Of a DNA stretch of 64,000 nt, positions 56,701 to 64,000 are shown one piece after another (within the stretch, counting starts at the first letter, position 1; every line of letters begins with the position of its first letter). The DNA comes from Antedon mediterranea (lineage: Eukaryota > Animalia > Echinodermata), in NCBI RefSeq assembly GCF_964355755.1, contig NC_092671.1:15438001-15502000 (forward strand), read 5' to 3'. The notes under the pieces are model-generated. The model had not been told where the DNA came from and did no database searches. It was given only the letters and a program-made list of their open reading frames with translations. A program made the translations under genes and the position numbers.

Positions 56701-59700
56701 CATTGAATACGATGTATAAATTAGATTATATTTATATATTTCATGTGTAATTTTATGTACGGCTACGCCTATAACTGGGTAGGCCTACGCATATGGATTA
56801 TTATTTGCTAGTCATTGCGACTTTCTTGTAACCAGAATCAATTTGAGGGCGGATACGTCCGCTTATTTTATAATGATAAAAAAAAGAATAAAATGATGGC
56901 AATTTTTCATAAACGCGACAAGCTATCTTGCAAACCAGGTAAACTGCGTATAATTTTTACAATTATTCCGAATGCAAACAATACAATGTAATAGTAAACA
57001 ACTTGTGTGAATGCTGTCCTATTTTATTTAATATTAGAACTTAAACATTCGTTTACACGCGGTAACCACAATTCGAATTCTACGTTTCAAGCGAAGAATA
57101 TAACTTCTTATTTTTAAATTCAATATTATGCGATGAGAAAAAACTGCCTTCCCTCGCCTACTTGCTGTGTTGAATTTCTATTATCAATACATTAATAAAT
57201 GGCGGCATTAGTACATCATGCATGACAACTTAATGATGGCTACTGTATTATCTAAATTCTTAAATGATACAGTAGAGAATAATTACAGCAAATTTATGAA
57301 AGTGAAATTGTTTAGATATATTGCCTTAATACTACATGTAGAAAAACAAGGTCAAGTAGTCTGAAAATATTATGATAACACATAGGCCTACGATTAAAAT
57401 ATCGTGATCAAGTTGTTACTGTTACATGATTTAAACCACAAATTGAATAAGATGACATGTCATCGTTAAATAAAATAACAACAATATTCAATATATTCTT
57501 TTTATGAATTGTTAAGAATATCAATGTATGTCCTGATGTGTAGACTTAATGCAAGCAAAAATATTTTAATCTCAACGATTATAAGCAATGTCTTAGTTAA
57601 GTCGAAGATGCTCTCCAGTTGGAATGCCATCCTGAGATGAGTAGTAGTAATTTTGTTTATTTTATTTATTTCATTTATATGTAATTTACTTTCTATGGAC
57701 CAGAGTTTCCGAAATAAAAGATTGAATGAATGAATGAATGAATAACAACAAAATGTGTTTACGTTCCGAAAAGTTTTCCATCAAAACACATTATTCCTTT
57801 TAATATTAATAGTAGGTCTACATTTGTTTACGTTTTAGTTATTTATTTATATCTATATTTCTTATACATATTTGAGATTTCTTATCTCAATACAGAAACG
57901 TATACAAATACAATTAACACACATAAAAATAGTAGGTAAGTAGGTAAATGAACCAAAAAAATGACAGTCAACTATATCAACAAGTTATTGATTTACTAAA
58001 AATAAAATAATTGTAATGTGTAGGTGTATACAGATTCGTATTCATACTCATCTGAAAATGTTGTTTTCCTGTTTTGTTTTCTCCTCGATTTGACACCAGA
58101 GTGGTGAACAATGAACAAATGGTAGAATGTGCTAACATGCTCCGTTGTAATGGTTAATAGCCATAACCAATAATTGACATTTAAAAAAAAACTCAAATTA
58201 AACTACGCAATGCTTTTTACCGTCGGAATGCAATTTTCTTCAAATTTGAATAAGATCACTTTAAATTCGAGATTAATCTACGGTACGTCATATGTAACAT
58301 AGATAGTTTCTCCAATTCTTTTATATCTGTTATTGTCAACATTCACTTCAACCATTTCCTTTATTTATTGACATACGATGATTAAAAACGCTCAACAACG
58401 TCATAATGACGTCAGTCGGTTTATTTTTAGCTCTTAAATTTCTTAATCGTTATAATTGCAACAGCCTATGTACTCGAACGACCCTTGACCATTGGTTATT
58501 GATTGTAACAAACAAAATTGAATACGGTAAATGCGGCGGAGCATCCGACTCGCGCAGCTGCTACTGATGGGTGATATATGAAATAGATGTAAAGAAAATA
58601 GTTTTACGTCTGCGTACGATAGATCAAGATCACATCATATGACATTCAAGAAAGACATTAAAATGAATTAAAATGTTTCAATAATTGATCTTTTTCTTGG
58701 ATATTCACATTGGAAATGTAGAATATATTTTAAAAAAGAATTAGGCCTATATCAACTTATCCAAATAATGTACTTAGGTCTATTGGTCAATGATATAATT
58801 ATGTGTCTTGGCCTAAGTTATGGGAAGGTGTGGTCATCATAGACGCCTAACTGTACTTTTAAAAATCATAATCTAAGTATCTGTGTAGTGTTTACTTACC
58901 CGATAACCTATTACAGTATTTAGGCCTATACCTTAACTCAATTATAATAAATGTTTTTCTTTTTCTAATCTGTAACAGATAATAACCCAGCCTTACAGAC
59001 AGCAGCAGAAAGCTCAGAAGAACAAGGTGCAAAATCAGAAGAAGAATCAGAGAACAAAGAAGTTGTAGATTACCAAACGATCCAGAAGGATAGTGACAGT
59101 AAAGTAAGAAAAGAAAAACAGGAAAATGAAGTTTTTGATCAAAGTAAGTATTTTAGTTAGATAAAACTAGAATATATAATAATGATATAAATTTTTGTTT
59201 GTTTCTTGTGAATCGTAAATTCATAATAATAACCATAATAACGTGTAGGTCTATAGTGTAGTGATTTTTACAACAAACAAAATTAATTATAAAATTGGAG
59301 TAATGATAAAAAAAAAAAATATTGACTATTAATTGATTGACTATTATTGAAAAAATTAAAAAGTTGAATAATAAAATACTGAATAAATACAATGTTTTAT
59401 TAGAGGATAGTAATATATTGATCTTGCTTGTTTTTGTGTCCATTAAAAAAAACCTTTTGGAGTGAGCATCGGCGTCAGTCCACATACTCCGTGTAGATAA
59501 TGTCCACATACTCCGTGTAGATAATGTCCCAGTTCGAAGCGCCCTTAACGTAACATTTATTATTGAAAATGATGATAGTAATAACAGTGAGTTTCTATTA
59601 AAGTGATACGTGCTGCTCAGTAAAAGCGTGTCATCTAATGTAAAGCGTAGGTTATTTGAGTGGGCACGGTGCGGAATATTACTAACGCTAAATGTATCTT

Positions 59701-62700
59701 AATTTCATTCAAATTCCCCATTATTTTCATTTAGTAAACTAAATCTTTTCCAATATTATACTGCATATGCCTAAGGTATAGTCATAAATAAGATTCATGT
59801 ATCGCCCTTAGTAACATATTTCGATATTCGAGATGAATCGCCGAATTGATTACATGATTTGATAATATAATAAAGGTAATATAACAAGGTATACATTCCA
59901 AAATAATTATATAAGATTATGAGAACGATTTTGTATCTTACTTATTAATACACAGATATGGCGCCGGGTCACATTATCTCCATATCATTGTACAGTACTG
60001 CACTCTTTTTTCATCTTATATACTTTGTAGATGTATTTTGAATTGATGTTAAATAAACGATTCTACAATCATTAATTAAATGCTCATTTATGTTGTTAAA
60101 TGTCGTCTGCTAAAGCATAGGCTTTAGCAATCAGCGTTACGTGACATAGCGTTAGGTTAATGTCGTTAGAACATTTCGAGATGCATGCGTCAGTACGAAT
60201 TAATCACACCATATCACGTTTTGTATGTAATTATACATTTTAGTTAGCTCTTGTTTTCAACTTCATTCCTAATAACACCATCTTTGATATTGATTGTACT
60301 GTAATTAAATGCTAATATATTCAATCAGTTCCTCTTCTCAATGTAAAACTATAAATAGATTTGCAAAGAATCTATGTAGGGCCTAAGCCCGAATATTCAA
60401 AACCTACACGCGAGATTATTATTTTTGCATAAAATTGCTCGAATACAATTTTGTTATCTATATTTCATGGCAATAGTGAATCTATATTAAGTGATGTATA
60501 TTTTAATATAACCTCTGTCTATTTTTTAAATACTTTAACTTTTTATATATGTCAAATATTCAAAATCGAAAAACACAAACAAAATTTTAGGCTGCAGTGA
60601 AAGTTGTTGACAATGAACGTTGATATAGATTATTGTAACAATTGTAAGGTATAAAATAAAAGTGAGTGAATCTCACAAAAGACAAAAAATGCCTAAAATG
60701 AGAATAAAATAGAATTTAAAAAAAAACAACATTTTTACGAAAGAATAAAATTGTTCGCGTTTGTACAGTACATTCAGAAAGAGGAATTCTCGTTACGCTC
60801 CTATTCAATATTTTTTCATAGGCCTAGCTATTGATTTCTGTTAGACCTAAGTTTATTAATTCATTTTTTTAATAAAAAGAACAACCTCCTGTGCTCTCAG
60901 ACGAAGAAGCTGACCAGTTGATGATGTTAATGAGCGACCCAGTTGCAATTGCAGAATATCTGGCCGTTAGTGGCGACATAGTTGGTTTTCTGGAAGTTCT
61001 CGATACACTTCAGATGAATGGCTTTGTAAGTAACGCATCTTTATCATTATCCAGTCCGCCCATGCTGGCTAGGTTTTAGGTCTGAAGCTATTTTTTCAAG
61101 AAGTGAGCGTTTCTTGAAGCCACATCTTATTTTTGGTAAGACTTCTAAACGTTGCGACCGATTGACTTGCGAGCTGCGCCAACTTGTGCCCCCTACCTAG
61201 GGAATTGTAGTTCATATTGTAGCGATATAACTATACAACAGACTATAGACTACTCCTTGATTACTTTGTGTTTAATTCAAACATGAAATTGAATTTCGTT
61301 TTAAATCTTTCGTATGACTTTTTTCGAATAAGTTGTTCGTTCAATAGTCTCACCGCAGTCGCGTAATGGATTGTCATGATCATGTTTAGGGCTAGCTAAG
61401 GGCTGGCAACTGTATCTGCAAACGTAATGATTTCAATTCATAGCGTGGTGTCAAAGCCTTTGCAAACATTAAAACTGTAGCACCATTTTGTTAAACACCA
61501 CCGTAGAGAATTAAAATGTTTAAGATTACTTGATTTTGTTTACATTGTTATTTTACATCTCTGTTATGATGAGTTGTGAAATTATCCACATTGGCCTAAT
61601 TAGAAGCACTAACGTGCGTTATTAAACAATTTGTTGATCTATGTTTTCTGAACTTACGTCAACAAGACGTTAAATGATGGCGCATGGATAAAATGAATGA
61701 TTGATGTAAACGGCGTTTGGCACCGGTGCGTTTGGCGGTACAACTTAGATTTTAGGTCGTTTATTAAAGGTCGCCTATTAATTAAAATTATATAAGGTAA
61801 AAAACAAATTGATAGTTTATTGAAATAAATTGTACCATTTACGTAGGCTACAATGAAAAGTCGTTAATTCTAATATAGACTCGCGTATGTTCATCATTAT
61901 AGTGAGTATTACAGTTGATTTGTTTATTTTGTTTAGATCGATGGTAAAGTAGTAGATCGACTGAAGAACGAGGTCTCGAGTGAACTCGATAGGCTGCTAA
62001 TTGAAAAAGATGCCGAAGAAAATCAGATGTATGAAAATGAGGTTTACCCAGCTCCGCCTCAGGTACTACATTGATATTAATTGTCTCATTGACAACAAGT
62101 CATCATTAATATCAGCTGATCCAGCTAATGAAACATCAGTTATCGAGGCCATTTATTCCATTGTTTACATAAAGAAGTTGATTCGGATTTTCCTTTTAGG
62201 TCATGAGAAATACTTAAAATGTATTGAACTGTATTTCTCTATGTGTTGGTGTATCATATCTTGTTAAATAACCATTTGATGAAAAGTGTAAAGCTTTGTC
62301 TACACTATCCAAATATGGACACGATGATGTCATGTCACTACCATATTTGGGCATATCACTACCATATTTGGCTTTATACAATGTGGTAAATTGACTCTGG
62401 AGTCCTCAATATTGTAGCCTGCAGTGACGATTACCATTTAATACCCACGTTAGCCCCACCCAAGAGTGGGCAAATACGACATTTCTTCGAAATAAACTAA
62501 AATCATCCGCATAAAGATATAGTTTAATTATGCAAGCACTTTGTTAACATCGTTGCTCGCAATCTTTTTGGATTCCTTATTTAATCTATCATTGTCAACG
62601 GCATTAATGCTATTTTACGAAAGTCATCGTTTTATTTTTATAATTCGTAGAAATTAGATTATGTATAAATCGGTGAGCTGTTAGTGAATTTGTGTGTATA

Positions 62701-63648
62701 GTGTTTGGTTATAGGAAACCTGATACTATTTTAATGGCTAATGCATTTTCAAATTTACACAACACACTCTTCGTGTCATGCGTTTTCATCAACTAACCAA
62801 ACATAGCATTTGAAAGAGTTGACAAAATACACAATACAAGAAAATTATACAGTATCGTTTATGTTTAAAAGATGGACATTTAATATTGAATAACATCATT
62901 ATTCTAATTAAACGGTAAATTATTTTGAACATATCATGAATTCAACGGATGTGGTCTGAAATGAAACAAAAATAGAATTCAATTTGTATTTCAATTAATT
63001 TTCTAGAATGAAGTATACATGGAAAATGAGATGTTAAACATTATCAAGCAAATAATGACGCTACCTGTTCTTACCCCAGGAGAAGTTTATCAAGCTATGC
63101 TATATGAAGGTAATTTAACAGCAGTTTAAATCTACCGAAAAACAACCAACGTTATTTCGGTATTATTTCGGTAATATCCTGTCCATACATAATACAAAAA
63201 TTACCCTAAAGGCCAATTTACACAAACGAGCGGTAACGCGAATAAAAAATATAGAATCTATATCTATCTATCTATGGCCATTTTTCAGGATAGATGCAGA
63301 TAGTACGTGGGACAAGCTAAGCAGTTTTTGGCTTGCCGTTAGCGCTTGTCCGTAAATCTTGCCTGTATAAAAGTCTTTGTGACACTCCCATTAAGGACAC
63401 ATCCGTGACACGAACAAGAGACAATGTTTTAACACTAAAGACCAACAACTATTCAAGGGAAACCTCTATTAAGTGAACACTTTGTTAAATCCTGAACGTA
63501 TCTCCTTAACAGGTTTTATTGTAGTATTAAATGTAAAGTTTTATCGTTTTTACAGGAGCTTCTGATTTGGTAGCGTCTGTAGCAGGATTGGTATATCAGA
63601 GGATAATTGAAAGAGAAATAACGCCTGAAGCCGGCGTCAGTCTTGTAG
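47774..63648 (+). CDS. Secreted acidic granin-like protein, probable secretogranin-3 homolog; 3'-partial (continues beyond the window)
   Basis: In-frame GT-AG exons: 47774-47849, 55732-55766, 56386-56455, 58979-59143, 60901 (or 60880)-61025, 61937-62062, 63007-63109, 63556-63648; 264 codons with no stop. Signal peptide MYQSDVKRFIWILVLVAVTYS|AP, a Glu/Asp-rich N-terminal region, then IAEYLAVSGDIVGFLEVLDTLQMNGFIDGKVVDRLKNEVSSELDRLL and LVYQRIIEREITPEAGVSLV, which resemble SCG3 blocks. The gene structure is more certain than the family name. Confidence 0.78.
48473..48769. mobile_element. Kolobok-like MITE (same family as 6445-6763)
   Basis: ttaa|agatatgttgtccc ... ggggacaatacatt|ttaa, with homologous internal sequence. 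Confidence 0.7.
49930..50582. repeat. 52-bp minisatellite, about 12.5 copies
   Basis: Unit tatcttaatcattgtcaatatcaccatcacaaccatcatcttccgtcatcgt; starts recur at 49981, 50033, 50085 and onward. Confidence 0.93.
51578..51750. mobile_element. PIF/Harbinger-type MITE (AGCTTGGTTCCCACT family)
   Basis: TTA|agcgtggttcccact ... agtgggaaccaagct|TTA. Confidence 0.85.
55505..55570 (+). mobile_element. tRNA-derived SINE head fragment
   Basis: B box gcaggttcgaatcccgcc with a degenerate upstream A box and no intact acceptor stem. Confidence 0.45.
56449..56645 (+). repeat. 33-bp minisatellite built from the exon 3 splice-donor region of the granin-like gene
   Basis: Unit aatacaggtaggcctactcctagcctaattaat, about 6 copies; AG|GT recurs after 56455, 56488, 56521 and 56554. 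Confidence 0.9.
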
Positions 63649-64000
63649 GTATGTATTCGTGTGCCGAAGATTTAATAATATTAATAATGTATAACGTTGG
63701 ATTAAGACATTATGATAACATCACGCTAGACGCTAAACAATTCTTTTTCACACACAAAAATGGTGTGGAGAAAAAAACATAATTGCGTCACGGCAAAATT
63801 CGGATACGATGTCATACTAATTATACGATGTAGGCCTACTGGTAAACTTAACGCATCCAGATTTTAAAGGAGTTACCTCACTTTTCATAGGAATAAACTC
63901 TACTACAGGGCCCGCCCCGGTCAGCTGACCATGCCGTTTTGTCCCCACCTTCAGAAGGCCATAATCTCTATGCTTATACCGTTTTCATGAATCTATGGCA

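Overview
AT-rich, intron-rich animal genomic DNA, not prokaryotic. The SINE and MITE content fits a marine invertebrate, possibly an echinoderm, but this is inference. Most ORFs in the supplied track are spurious or partial exons. Manual splicing gives four protein-coding genes: (1) the 3' end of axonemal dynein heavy chain DNAH6 (+, to 7714); (2) a complete RPL4 (-, 8 exons, 396 aa) hosting five intronic U18/SNORD18 C/D-box snoRNAs; (3) a complete ZWILCH (+, 14 coding exons, 596 aa) head-to-head with RPL4, as in human; (4) the 5' part of a secreted acidic protein (+, from 47774, running off the window) with two helical blocks that align without gaps to vertebrate secretogranin-3, a candidate invertebrate granin with a CRE/X-box/CCAAT promoter. 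Introns and intergenic DNA hold many MITEs (Harbinger-, Kolobok-, piggyBac-, Tc1- and hAT-like), tRNA- and 5S-derived SINEs, Penelope-like fragments with minimal hammerhead ribozyme motifs, minisatellites and two recent tandem duplications. All homology calls come from remembered sequences, not from database searches.
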